Assembly: GCA_026984795.1 (NCBI GenBank)
Contig: JALSRK010000032.1
Span: forward strand, 1 to 64,000
DNA length: 64,000 nucleotides
Reading direction: 5' to 3'
Source of the DNA: Solibacteraceae bacterium
GTDB lineage: Bacteria; Acidobacteriota; Terriglobia; Bryobacterales; Bryobacteraceae
The notes beneath the pieces were generated by a model, which saw only the letters and a program-made list of their open reading frames with translations, was not told the origin of the DNA and did not search any database. Positions 1-10,998 of the stretch are shown in pieces (position 1 is the first letter of the stretch; each line of letters opens with the position of its first letter). The translations under genes were made by a program, and so were the position numbers.

Positions 1-213
1 GTAGTCGGTGTGCTTGCCGAGCACCTCGATGCGGCCGGGGACGTAGTAAGCGGCGGGCTGTCCCGCGCCCGGCAGAATCGCCGCGCACTGGGCGAGCAAA
101 GCGGCTTTGGCTTCCGCAAAAGCGCCGGCCGCTCCCTGGTCCCGCAGCCACGCCTCCAGTTGCCGCCGGTCGGTCAGTGTTCCGGGATACCTTGTTTCCG
201 CTCCGGTTTGCAT
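1..213 (-). CDS. GHMP-family sugar kinase (galactokinase-like), N-terminal fragment; the gene runs off the window start
   Basis: This ORF is not in the ORF track because it is open at the window edge. Manual reverse translation from the ATG at 213-211 gives MQTGAETRYPGTLTDRRQLEAWLRDQ...AAYYVPGRIEVLGKHTDY. The GRxxxxGxHTDY block is the galactokinase/GHMP N-terminal signature. The gene lies 60 nt downstream of the symporter on the same strand. Confidence 0.6.
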   Translation of the reverse strand, partial: MQTGAETRYPGTLTDRRQLEAWLRDQGAAGAFAEAKAALLAQCAAILPGAGQPAAYYVPGRIEVLGKHTDY

Positions 214-273
214 CTCTGATGGTCCCTGTGGTTCCGGCAGTGGGCTGAGCTAGCCCGCCGCGCCTTTGCCTTT

Positions 274-2055
274 TTAGCGCTCAGCCATCGGCCGCTGCAG
301 CAACTTCGGCACCAGCCAGATGAGGCCTGCGACGCTCGCCAGGAAAGGAACCAGGCAAGCGACCGCGAGCCCCGTTCTGCCGTAGAGCACGTCGCCGGTG
401 CCGGCCAGCGCCGAGTAGACGAGCATGCAGCCGAGTGCCCATCCCAGGAACGCATGGGCCGGGCTATCGGGCGACGGGGGCAGCGCGGAGTGTTCGCGCA
501 CGCGCTTCCAGCCCGGGCCAAACGGGCGCACCAACTCATAGAAACGCACCAGCGTCCGTTCGTCGGCCGGCCGGGTCAGGAAGGTGACGGTGACCCAGAC
601 GAACGTGGTGAAGCCTACGCTCGCCACCAGCGTCAAATGGGCCGGCAGCTTGTGCGGTAAGACCCAGCGGTTGAGGGAAAAGATGGTCACCGAAATCACC
701 CAGGAGCTGATCATGGCGGCGATTTCGCTCCAGGCGTTGATGCGCCACCAGAACCAGCGGAGGATGTAGATCAATCCCGTTCCGGCTCCAATGGAGAGCA
801 GCAAGTCGAAGCTGTCCTTTGCCGTCTCGAGCACGTAGACGGTGGCGGTGGCGAGCAGCATGAGGCCGACCGTAGCGATGCGCCCGGCGAAGACGTAGTG
901 CCGCTCGCTCGCATCCGGCCGGATGAACCGGCGATAGAAGTCATGCACCAGATAGGAGGCTCCCCAGTTCAGGTGAGTGTCCATAGTGGACATGTAAGCG
1001 GCGGCCAGAGAGCCCACCATTACGCCCATCAGTCCCGGGGGCAGGAACTTGAGCATGGCCGGGTACGCGATGTCGTGGCCGATCAGCTCGGGCTGGATGC
1101 CGGGAAAGGCGCTGCGGATGTCGCTGAGATTCGGGTAGACGATCAACGAACAGAGCGCGACGATCAGCCAGGGCCATGGCCGTAAAGCGTAGTGGGCCAG
1201 GTTGAACCAGAAGACCGCGCCGAAAGCATGACGTTCGTCCTTGGCGGCGAGGATCCGCTGGGCGATATAGCTGCCGCCGCCGGGCTCGGCCCCCGGGTAC
1301 CAGACGGACCACCATTGCACCGCAATCGGGATGATGAGAACCGAGAGGGTCAACTCCCAGTTGTTGAAGTCCGGCAAAATGCTGAGCTTTTCGGGATCGA
1401 TCTTCGACACCATGCCCGAAAGCCCGCCGACGGCCGGATGGTTCAGAGCGGCCACCGCGGCGGCGATCGAGCCGACCATGGCGAAAGCGAACAGCATCAA
1501 GTCGGTGACCACGACGCCCCACAAACCGGAGAGGACCGAGAACGCAATGGCCAGGATCGTACAGGCAATCAACGTCGGCGTCCGTTCGAGCCCGAACAGG
1601 ACGCTCGAAATCTTCACCGCCGCCAGCGACACCGTCGCCATGATCACGCAATTGAAGAAGAGTCCAAGGTAGATGGCGCGGAACCCGCGCACCACGGCCG
1701 CCGGCCGCCCGGAGTAGCGTATCTCGTAGAACTCCAGATCGGTAAGGGTGCCGGAGCGCCGCCACAGGCGGGCGTAAAAGAACACGGTCATCATCCCGGT
1801 GATCAGAAACGCCCACCAGACCCAGTTGCCGGCCACGCCGTTGGTCCGGACGATGTTAGTGACCAGGTTCGGCGTGTCGGTGCTGAAGGTGGTGGCCACC
1901 ATCGAGGTACCCAGCAGCCACCAGGGCATCGACCGGCCCGAGGCAAAAAACTCGTCGGCGCCGCGGCTGGCCCGCCGCACGAAGAACCCCGCCACGATGA
2001 GCGCCAGCGCCAGATACCCGACTACGATGGTCCAATCGAGAGCCGTTAGCTGCAT
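274..2055 (-). CDS. sodium:solute symporter (SSS) family transporter
   Basis: 593-aa polytopic membrane ORF. The N-terminus (LDWTIVVGYLALALIVAGFFVRR...DEFFASGRSMPWWLLGTSMVATTFSTDTP) is typical of the SSS family. It is probably co-transcribed with the downstream GHMP kinase. Confidence 0.85.
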   Translation of the reverse strand: MQLTALDWTIVVGYLALALIVAGFFVRRASRGADEFFASGRSMPWWLLGTSMVATTFSTDTPNLVTNIVRTNGVAGNWVWWAFLITGMMTVFFYARLWRRSGTLTDLEFYEIRYSGRPAAVVRGFRAIYLGLFFNCVIMATVSLAAVKISSVLFGLERTPTLIACTILAIAFSVLSGLWGVVVTDLMLFAFAMVGSIAAAVAALNHPAVGGLSGMVSKIDPEKLSILPDFNNWELTLSVLIIPIAVQWWSVWYPGAEPGGGSYIAQRILAAKDERHAFGAVFWFNLAHYALRPWPWLIVALCSLIVYPNLSDIRSAFPGIQPELIGHDIAYPAMLKFLPPGLMGVMVGSLAAAYMSTMDTHLNWGASYLVHDFYRRFIRPDASERHYVFAGRIATVGLMLLATATVYVLETAKDSFDLLLSIGAGTGLIYILRWFWWRINAWSEIAAMISSWVISVTIFSLNRWVLPHKLPAHLTLVASVGFTTFVWVTVTFLTRPADERTLVRFYELVRPFGPGWKRVREHSALPPSPDSPAHAFLGWALGCMLVYSALAGTGDVLYGRTGLAVACLVPFLASVAGLIWLVPKLLQRPMAER

Positions 2056-2262
2056 CTCGCGTTCCTGTCAGGGTTCCCTATGCTGGACGTCCGGCACGCT
2101 CGGCGGGGATCTCCGGGCAAGGACCGGGGTCTTTCCCCCTCGGCAAAGCGCATGTAAAGCATTGTATAGCAAGCCGAGACACCGGCTATTCGACGACTGG
2201 TTCGCCCTTCCCCGGCGGTGGCCGGAAGGCGCGCGGGATGTAAGCTGAGGGAGGAGCGAACG

Positions 2263-3003
2263 ATGAATCCGGCCCGCCTGCGCAAGACCTGGGACGCACT
2301 ATCGGCGGCCGATCCGTGGCGGGCGATTCTCGGGCGTCCCGGTGAGACCGGGCCGACGGATGCCGGCGAGCTGTTCGCTTCCGGCATGTGGGAGATCAAG
2401 GAGGCGATGGAGCGGGCCGGGGAACTGGGATTGCCGGCGAGGCGGCGGGCGGCGCTCGATTTCGGCTGCGGAGCGGGCCGGCTCACCCAGGCGCTGGCCG
2501 AATACTTCGACGTGGTCACCGGGGTGGACGTCTCGCCGGCGATGCTCGAGCTGGCGCGGCGGCACAACCGGCACGGGGGACGGTGCCGCTACGTGCTGGT
2601 GGAAACGGCGGACCTGCGGCAGTTTCCGAACGCCTCGTTCGACTTCATCTACTCGAACATCACCCTGCAGCACGTGCCGCCGCGGCTGACGCGCTCGTAT
2701 CTGGCCGAGTTCCTGCGGCTGCTGGCGCCGGACGGGCTGCTCATGTTCCATCTGCCGAGCCACCGCCGTCGCCCCGCCGTCGCCCGCTGGCTGCCGGGGA
2801 ACCTCTATCCGCGGCTGGCGCGGCTGGCGTGGGCGGCGGCGCATCCCGGGCGGCCGGTGGTGCCGATGTACGGGGTCAGGCCGAAGACGGTCAAGGCGTG
2901 GATCGAGGGGAGCGGCGGGCGGGTACTGGCGGCGGAACCACGGGACTCGGCGGGTCCGGAATGGGTGAGTTTCCGGTATTCGGTAGCGAAAACTCCCCGC
3001 TAG
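2263..3003 (+). CDS. class I SAM-dependent methyltransferase
   Basis: Motif I LDFGCGAGRLTQAL is followed by VTGVDVSPAMLELAR. The track ORF begins at a GTG at 2218. I prefer the ATG at 2263 because GGGAGGAG lies 6-13 nt upstream. Confidence 0.85.
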   Translation: MNPARLRKTWDALSAADPWRAILGRPGETGPTDAGELFASGMWEIKEAMERAGELGLPARRRAALDFGCGAGRLTQALAEYFDVVTGVDVSPAMLELARRHNRHGGRCRYVLVETADLRQFPNASFDFIYSNITLQHVPPRLTRSYLAEFLRLLAPDGLLMFHLPSHRRRPAVARWLPGNLYPRLARLAWAAAHPGRPVVPMYGVRPKTVKAWIEGSGGRVLAAEPRDSAGPEWVSFRYSVAKTPR

Positions 3004-3009
3004 CTGCGC

Positions 3010-4431
3010 TCAGCGACAGAAACTCCTGGCGAACTCGAGAAACTTCCAGGCGTCGGCGAAATTGCTGGCCAGGCCGAAGCTGATGCGCACCGCTCCGGTG
3101 CTCTTGCCGTCGATGCACATGCGGAAATCGTCGGGGGTGAAGCGCGTGGGCGCTCCGGGCTGGGTGAAGCAGCCGACGAGTTCGGTCTTCGAGAGGCCCA
3201 GGGCGAGTTCGCCGCCGCCGGGGTTGCAGAAGCAGCCCGTGCGCAGCGAGATGCGGGCCGCCGCGGCGCGCTCTTCGACGACGTGGTGGTCGATGACCGT
3301 ACCCTCTGGCCCGTAGAAGTTCATCGTGATGGTCCCGCCGCGCATTTCGGTATCCAGCGGCCCGTAGATGCGCACCGCCGGGCGGCCGTTGGCGTGGTGG
3401 AGGGCGTGGAGCTGCTCGAGGAGCCAGCCGGCGAGGCAGCGGCAGCGGTGGTGGATCGTCCCGAGGCCGATGCGCTCGAGGTGCTCGAGGCCGATTTCGA
3501 CGCCGGGAATGTTCAGGTAGTTGACGGTGCCGTCCTCGAAAGCGGAGGAGCCTTCGGCCAGGTAGTAGCGGTCGCCCTGAACCGAGGCCACGGTGATGGT
3601 GCCGCCGCTGAACCACGGCCGGTGGAGCTTCTCCAGGGCCCGCCGGCGGGCGATGAGGCAGCCGACGCCGGTGGGGTAGCCGAACATCTTATAGAAGGAG
3701 AGCGGGACGAAGTCCGGCTTCCAGCGGGCCAGGTCTAGGCGGTTGGTGGGGACGAAGGCGGCGGCGTCGAGCAGTACGTCCCAGCCTTTCTGCTGGGCCC
3801 GGGCGATCCATTCGAGCGAGTGCTGGACGCCGGAGAAGTTCGACTGGGCGGGATAGGCGAACAGATTGTGGCCGCCGGGGCGGGCGAGATCGAGGTAGTC
3901 TTCGAGCCGCTCGGGATCGACGCGCAGCGAGGGCAGCTCCATGGGGACGTAGGTGATTTCGGCGCCCCGGGCGCGGGCGAACTCGCGGATGCCGTTCACC
4001 GAGTTGTGGTTGTCGAAGGTGAGCAGGTAGTGGTCGCCGCGCCCGAAGGGGTAGGCCTCGCCGACGAGCTTGAGGGCCGTCGAAGCGTTGGCGGTGAAGA
4101 TGGCGACGTATTCCTCGGGCGGGGCGTTGAAGAACTCGAGGACCTTGCGGCGGCCGCGCTCGACCAGCTCGGTCATGGCCAGCGAGGTCGGGTTGCGCGA
4201 GTGCGGGTTGCCGAAGACGTGGTTCTCGAGCAGCTCGGCGTGGCGGCGGATCTGGCTCGAGGCGTAGAGCCCGCCGCCGGTGTAGTCGAGGTAGACGTGG
4301 CCGAGGCGGTCCAGCCGCGCGTACTCGGCGGCGCGCAACTCGTCGAGCGTCCGGGTGGATCCGTAATCCGGCCAGGCTTCGAGGAACGCGGCCTCGGCGG
4401 TGTCCAGCGTTTCGGCGGCCATAGCTCTCAC
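3010..4431 (-). CDS. class-V aminotransferase / cysteine-desulfurase-like protein (resembles the N-terminal domain of molybdenum cofactor sulfurase)
   Basis: 473 aa. The YLDYTGGGLYASSQ...FGNPHS and FTANASTALKLVGE blocks are typical of MOCOS/NifS-like PLP enzymes. No MOSC domain is attached. Confidence 0.7.
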   Translation of the reverse strand: MRAMAAETLDTAEAAFLEAWPDYGSTRTLDELRAAEYARLDRLGHVYLDYTGGGLYASSQIRRHAELLENHVFGNPHSRNPTSLAMTELVERGRRKVLEFFNAPPEEYVAIFTANASTALKLVGEAYPFGRGDHYLLTFDNHNSVNGIREFARARGAEITYVPMELPSLRVDPERLEDYLDLARPGGHNLFAYPAQSNFSGVQHSLEWIARAQQKGWDVLLDAAAFVPTNRLDLARWKPDFVPLSFYKMFGYPTGVGCLIARRRALEKLHRPWFSGGTITVASVQGDRYYLAEGSSAFEDGTVNYLNIPGVEIGLEHLERIGLGTIHHRCRCLAGWLLEQLHALHHANGRPAVRIYGPLDTEMRGGTITMNFYGPEGTVIDHHVVEERAAAARISLRTGCFCNPGGGELALGLSKTELVGCFTQPGAPTRFTPDDFRMCIDGKSTGAVRISFGLASNFADAWKFLEFARSFCR

Positions 4432-4557
4432 CAGTTTCGCCTTCAGGGGATGGGCTTGTCAGCCGGCGGCGCCAACCCCGACCGGCGTCCTGCTTCCCGT
4501 TTCTGGTTCATCCGCCGGGCGGCGAGTGGATGCCAGTGATACTAAGATCGAAGCATC

Positions 4558-4797
4558 ATGAGCATCAGAACCACCGTGACGCTCGACGAAGACGTCTACG
4601 AGCGCCTCAAGGAGGAGAGCCGGCGTCGAGGGGTTCCCTTCCGGCAGACGCTGAACGAGATGGTTCGGAGAGGATTTGCCGCTGCCGGAAAACCGAAGCG
4701 CCGGACACGCTTCGTGGTGAAGGTGAAGGATCTGGGTCTGAGTTACGACAACATCGAGGAGCTTCTCGAGTACGCTGAGGGACCGAGCCATCGATGA
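4558..4797 (+). CDS. ribbon-helix-helix (VapB/CopG-like) antitoxin
   Basis: 79 aa. The sequence MSIRTTVTLDEDVYERLKEESRRRGVPFRQTLNEMVRRG is a classic RHH N-terminus. Its stop overlaps the ATG of the PIN remnant (ATGA at 4794-4797). Confidence 0.7.
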   Translation: MSIRTTVTLDEDVYERLKEESRRRGVPFRQTLNEMVRRGFAAAGKPKRRTRFVVKVKDLGLSYDNIEELLEYAEGPSHR

Positions 4798-5065
4798 TCC
4801 TCTTGGGCGCCAACATACTCGTGTACGCTCATGCGTCCAAGAATGGCTGAAGGGCGGCAACGTCGCGTGGGTCGGCCCCGGGCCGCGCCACGTGGAGCGC
4901 CTGCGCCGACTGGCCACCGGGCGCCAGGCTACGGGCCCGCTGGTAACCCACGCCGTGCTGGCGGCATTGGCTTCGGAGAACGGAGCCACGGTTGCCTCCA
5001 CCGACCACGATTTCAGCCGGTTTCCGGTGAAGTGGGTGAATCCGCTGCCGGCAGAAGCATCCTAG
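4794..5065 (+). pseudogene. decayed VapC-type PIN-domain toxin (frameshifted, internally deleted)
   Basis: The ATG at 4794 gives MILLGANILVYAHASKNG, then a TGA at 4848. A second frame from 4844 reads WLKGGNVAWVGPGPRHVERLRRLATGRQATGPLVTHAVLAALASENGATVASTDHDFSRFPVKWVNPL and stops at 5063-5065. That matches the C-terminal half of VapC. The middle of the domain is absent. Confidence 0.65.
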
Positions 5066-5091
5066 GCAGCGACCCGCGGATCTTGGTCCCA

Positions 5092-5973
5092 TCAGTCACG
5101 TGGCCGAAAAGCGTTCGCGGGAGGCGGCAGGACCAATTTGCAATCCAGCAGCTCCAGGTCGCAGCAGATACCGTCGGTCAGGAGCTCCGGGTCACAGTTC
5201 TCTTCCTTGATCGGGGAGGACATCTCTGCCTCCCGAAACGCCCGGCCGGTAGGGGTGTTCAGATACCACCGGTTCCACAGTGAGCGCGGCCACTGCGTCG
5301 TGTGAAGGGACTCAAGCAAACCCATCATGTTGATGACGTTGTCGATGATCCAGATCCTGCCGTCGAATCCGGGCATCGTACCGGGTTTCATGAAGAGGAA
5401 AAGTGCCTTGTAATTGCGGTGCTTGCCTTGGAAGCGCACGTCCACCCGGTAGCGGGCGTACCGCAGGCACTTATCCAGTTTCCCTTTAGCGGCCAGGACG
5501 TCACGCAGGGTGAGAGAGCGCGGCCACGGTGGCGGCGGATTCGGGCGGAAAGACCACCGCGAGTCGATTAAGAACGCGGTTGCTGGATTACGGTTGTCGT
5601 CAACACCTTTCGATTCAACTACGTCCGCATCCAGCTCCCAGTTCGACACCGGGGTGACGAGATCGATCATCGGGGTTTCCAGGACCTCCTGGATGTCCCC
5701 AACGCGTACGTCCGATATCTGCACCCGGACGCGCTCACCTTCGTATCGCTCGGCAAGGTTGACTTGGATCGGGAGATCGCGGCTGCGAAACTCCTTAAGA
5801 GCCCATTTCTTGAACAGATATAGCTTCTGATAGAAGCTGAGCTTGGCGTAGGCGAGGCGCACCAGCCGCTCCTGAGGTGAGTAGGACTTCGGAGAAGCAA
5901 ATGCAGTGTGTGAAACGAAGTTCGCTGCGACACCGATGAGCCCCGCGACACAGATGACATTCTTTATACCCAT
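5092..5973 (-). CDS. hypothetical secreted protein (no recognisable family)
   Basis: 293 aa with a signal-peptide-like N-terminus (MGIKNVICVAGLIGVAANFVSHTAFA). GGAGGA lies upstream of the ATG. The GC content is visibly lower than in the flanks. Confidence 0.6.
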   Translation of the reverse strand: MGIKNVICVAGLIGVAANFVSHTAFASPKSYSPQERLVRLAYAKLSFYQKLYLFKKWALKEFRSRDLPIQVNLAERYEGERVRVQISDVRVGDIQEVLETPMIDLVTPVSNWELDADVVESKGVDDNRNPATAFLIDSRWSFRPNPPPPWPRSLTLRDVLAAKGKLDKCLRYARYRVDVRFQGKHRNYKALFLFMKPGTMPGFDGRIWIIDNVINMMGLLESLHTTQWPRSLWNRWYLNTPTGRAFREAEMSSPIKEENCDPELLTDGICCDLELLDCKLVLPPPANAFRPRD

Positions 5974-6402
5974 GAGAGTTCCTCCAGGATTTACCTCCGG
6001 TCAGCTATTAAAAGAGTAGCTTGCGGCCCGGGCGAAGTGATCGGGGGCGAAGCGTTGGCCGAGCTTGAATCATTTCTCCGGGGAGTCGAGCTGCGCTGTT
6101 CGCAAACTACTGGCACCGCTTCCGACCTGAGAAGCCTCAAGGGCGACGCAATACCGGAATTAGATGCGCAGCGCCGGACTGGCTGCGCTGTTCCGGGTGC
6201 TCACACCAGCACATTACGCCCCCCAAGGAAAAGTCAAGAGAAAAAATATGTATCTGCCAGAAGTTGCTGAACTGGAAGGAAATCGAATCTGGAAACGACG
6301 GTACGGAATGGGCTGCGCCGTCCCACAAGAGGTTGTGAGCGCCGAAAACCCGTGCGCTCAGGGGCAGGAGCGGGGCTCGGGCGGTGGCTCTGTGCGCGAG
6401 GA

Positions 6403-6828
6403 CTACCGCGCAGGAGGGGCTTGTTCGGCCGGCTGCGCGGCCTCGCCTGCGGCGGGTGGCGCCGTTCCTCCGGGTTTGGCCGGTTCGACGCCGGCGGTGA
6501 AGCCGCCGGGCGGGGGCTTCAGGTTGGCCGGGCGGGGAGTGGCGCGGTAATCGACGTCGAGCAGCGTCAGGCCGAGAAAGACGGCCAGCATGGCGATGCC
6601 GGTCAAGAAAATGATGGCGTTGATCGGCTTTTCATACCTGAGATGCATGAAAAACAGCGCCACGAGCGACGCCTTCATCGAGGCGATGGCGAGAGCGACG
6701 ATGGTATTGACGGCGGGAGACTCGAAGTGGATGCCGGCGGCGGCGACGGTGAGGGCGGTAAGCGCCAGCAAGGAGCCCAGCACGGCGGTGTTGATCTTCT
6801 TTTCTTCGGCGTAGCTGTGTGCGGCCAT
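6403..6828 (-). CDS. cytochrome c oxidase subunit IV (prokaryotic COX4 family) with a Pro/Ala/Gly-rich C-terminal tail
   Basis: Three TM segments are present. The LVALFFMHLRYE block is typical of bacterial subunit IV. A GGAGGA Shine-Dalgarno (SD) site is present. This is the last gene of the oxidase operon. Confidence 0.8.
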   Translation of the reverse strand: MAAHSYAEEKKINTAVLGSLLALTALTVAAAGIHFESPAVNTIVALAIASMKASLVALFFMHLRYEKPINAIIFLTGIAMLAVFLGLTLLDVDYRATPRPANLKPPPGGFTAGVEPAKPGGTAPPAAGEAAQPAEQAPPAR

Positions 6829-6842
6829 GTTCGGTCCTCCGG

Positions 6843-7514
6843 TCAGGAGATCAGGTATATGAGCGGGAACAGGTAGATCCAGATGATGTCCACCAGGTGC
6901 CAGTAGAGGCCGCCCATGTCCACGGGGTTGTAGTAGCTCGGCGAGAAGTCGCCGCGGATGGCCCGGCGGAGCAGCCAGCTAATGACGATCATGCCGGCCA
7001 GAACGTGCAGCCCATGCAAGCCGGTCATCATGAAATAGAAACTGAAGAAGAGAAATTCCTCGGGCAAATGCGGCCCGGCGTAGGTATAGAACCTGCCCGG
7101 CAGAAGGCCTTCGTGGAACTTGTGGGAGTACTCGAGGTATTTGACGACCAGAAAGGCCCCGGCCAGCAGAAGAGTGACGGTCAGGTAACGGACGAGGTTC
7201 TTCTGCTTGCCCGCCCTGGCGCTGGAGACGGCCATCACCATGGTCCAACTGCTGGTGAGCAGGATTACGGTGTTCAGCGTGCCCATGACACGGTCGAGGT
7301 GGTGATGGGCCGAGGCGAAGGCTTCCGTAAAGCGGGCGTGCATGATGCCGTAGCCGACGAAGAGGCCCCCGAACAGGAGCACCTCGGTCACCAGGAACGC
7401 CCACATGCCGATCTTGGCCGAATCGGCCTGCTGTTCCATTTCGGCGAAATGGTGCTGCAGGCCGGGCGGGTGTTCGGGCGCGTGTTCCGTAGTCGAGATT
7501 GCGCTGTCGCTCAT
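6843..7514 (-). CDS. ctaE: cytochrome c oxidase subunit III
   Basis: The blocks WAFLVTEVLLFGGLF, FYFMMTGLHGLHVLAG and YWHLVDIIWIYLFPLIYL are hallmarks of subunit III. The track ORF starts at a GTG at 7532. The ATG at 7514 follows GAGGAG. Confidence 0.9.
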   Translation of the reverse strand: MSDSAISTTEHAPEHPPGLQHHFAEMEQQADSAKIGMWAFLVTEVLLFGGLFVGYGIMHARFTEAFASAHHHLDRVMGTLNTVILLTSSWTMVMAVSSARAGKQKNLVRYLTVTLLLAGAFLVVKYLEYSHKFHEGLLPGRFYTYAGPHLPEEFLFFSFYFMMTGLHGLHVLAGMIVISWLLRRAIRGDFSPSYYNPVDMGGLYWHLVDIIWIYLFPLIYLIS

Positions 7515-7537
7515 GGTCTCCTCAGAATGCACTCCGG

Positions 7538-9187
<1,650 letters not shown>

Positions 9188-9205
9188 GGGTTTCCCTCTA
9201 CGCGG

Positions 9206-10147
9206 CTACTGTTGCTCCTTGACGAACTCGATCAGGGCCTTGACCTCACGCTCCCGGAGCAGGCCCTGGAAGGTGGGCATGATGCCTTCGAAACTGGAGA
9301 CGATCTTGGCCTGCGGCTCGAGGATGGACTCGCGGATATAGTTCTCGTCGGCGAGCACGGTAGTGCCGTCGGAGAGCTTCACCTCGTGGCCGAAGACGCC
9401 CTTGAAGCTCGGGCCGTCGCGGCGGGAGCCGTCGAGCGAGTGGCAAGTGGAACAGCCGCGGCTCTCGTAGAGCAGGGCGCCGAGCTCGGCCAGCGGCATC
9501 GTGCGGGTGCGCTCGTCGCCGAGCTCCTGCCACTCGCGGAACTTCTCCTCGCTGTCCACGTAGATCTTGCCCAGCATGTCGGAATGGCCCCGGCCGCAGT
9601 ACTCGGCGCAGAACAGGGTGTGCTCGCCCTCGGCCTCGGGCAAGAACCAGAGGTCGGTGTACATGCCGGGTACGACGTCCTTCTTGATCCGGAAGCTGGG
9701 GACGAAGAAGCTGTGGATGACGTCCTCCGAGGACATGACAAGCCGCACGGGACGGCCGATGGGCACGTGGATCTCGTTGACGGTCCGCATGCCGTCCGGG
9801 TATTCGAACTGCCAAATCCACTGCTTCGCCGTTACCTGAATCTCCAGAGCGTCTCCCGGGGCGGTATAGGCGTTCATGTAGTCATGGAAGCCCCAGGCGA
9901 AGATGATCATGACAAGAATGAGGGGGATGACGCTCCAGACGATCTCGAGCCTGGTGTTGTGAGTCACCTGGGACTCGGCGGGGCTGTCTCCCCGGCGGCG
10001 GTAACGCCAGACGAAGAAGACGACCAGGGCCGTAATCAACAGAAAGAAGAAGGCCGTGAGCGCCACGATGAACATGAAGAAGGTGTCATGCTCGGCCGCG
10101 TAAGCCGTTCCTTGGGCCGGCAACAGGATCGATTTCAGCCAGTTCAT
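9206..10147 (-). CDS. ctaC: cytochrome c oxidase subunit II with fused C-terminal cytochrome c domain (caa3 type)
   Basis: The CuA site is HSFFVP...CAEYCGRGHSDM. The C-terminal heme-c motif is CSTCHS. Two N-terminal TM helices are present. Confidence 0.95.
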   Translation of the reverse strand: MNWLKSILLPAQGTAYAAEHDTFFMFIVALTAFFFLLITALVVFFVWRYRRRGDSPAESQVTHNTRLEIVWSVIPLILVMIIFAWGFHDYMNAYTAPGDALEIQVTAKQWIWQFEYPDGMRTVNEIHVPIGRPVRLVMSSEDVIHSFFVPSFRIKKDVVPGMYTDLWFLPEAEGEHTLFCAEYCGRGHSDMLGKIYVDSEEKFREWQELGDERTRTMPLAELGALLYESRGCSTCHSLDGSRRDGPSFKGVFGHEVKLSDGTTVLADENYIRESILEPQAKIVSSFEGIMPTFQGLLREREVKALIEFVKEQQ

Positions 10148-10998
10148 TGCGTCACCACCCAGTTGCGGCGGGCGGCCCGGCGCCTCTCCCGCCTCCAGAA
10201 GACGGCCAGCACGCCGCCGAGGACGAGCATCACGGCCACGCCGCCGGCCCGCATCAGGTTGATGGCGAACGGGACGTAACCCTTGGCTTCGGGGTCGTAA
10301 TGAAAGCAGTAGAGCAGCACCCGATCCGAGATGGTTCCGATCTTGCCGTTGGAGGCTTCGGTAAGGGCGAGCCGCACGTCGCGGGTCTTGAACCGAATTC
10401 CATAGAGATACCGCGAGATGACGCCGTCCTCGGTGAGCACCATGATGACGGCGGTGTGGGCGTATTGGCCGCGGTCCTCGTCGTATTTGTAGCGAAAGCC
10501 GACCTGCTCGGCGAGCTTCTTGACGTTGCCCTGGTGATCGACCAGGAAGTGCCAGCCGGGGGCCGGGCGGCCGTAGCCGGCCAGGTAGACGGCTTTCTTC
10601 TTCCGGGCCAGGGCGAAGGTCTCGGTGGGATCGATGGAGATGGTGACGACCTCGTACTCCTTGCCCGGTGTCCAGGGGATGTTGCGGAGCGTCTTCGTCT
10701 GCCCGTTGAGGATCAGATTACAGAGCATCGGGCAGTTGTAATAGACGAGGTTGAGGATCACCGGGCGGCCCTTGCCGAAGTATTCCCGCAGGGAAACGGG
10801 GTAGCCATTCTCGGCGATGAAGGTGAGGTCCAGATCGATCTTCGCGCCGAGTTTTTCTTCGACGCCCACGCCCTGGAGACCTTCAGGGACTTCTGTGGAA
10901 GCGGGGGGCGCAGCCGAAGCCGCCGCCAGCCACAGGGAGGCGCAGGCCGCAATCAAACGGACCGCAACCGGCCAGGACCTCTTTCTATTGCGCTGCAT
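10144..10998 (-). CDS. SCO1/SenC family copper chaperone
   Basis: Thioredoxin-like protein with a CPMLC (CxxxC) motif and a signal anchor. The ATG at 10998 is preceded by GAGGAGG. The stop overlaps the ctaC ATG (ATGA). Confidence 0.85.
   Translation of the reverse strand: MQRNRKRSWPVAVRLIAACASLWLAAASAAPPASTEVPEGLQGVGVEEKLGAKIDLDLTFIAENGYPVSLREYFGKGRPVILNLVYYNCPMLCNLILNGQTKTLRNIPWTPGKEYEVVTISIDPTETFALARKKKAVYLAGYGRPAPGWHFLVDHQGNVKKLAEQVGFRYKYDEDRGQYAHTAVIMVLTEDGVISRYLYGIRFKTRDVRLALTEASNGKIGTISDRVLLYCFHYDPEAKGYVPFAINLMRAGGVAVMLVLGGVLAVFWRRERRRAARRNWVVTQ

Noticed and set aside
6037-6550. Track ORFs 6037..6270, 6137..6328 and 6164..6550 in the spacer upstream of the oxidase operon end.
   Set aside because: They have no SD and no motifs, and their amino-acid composition is implausible. 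They also overlap each other, so I treat the region as non-coding.
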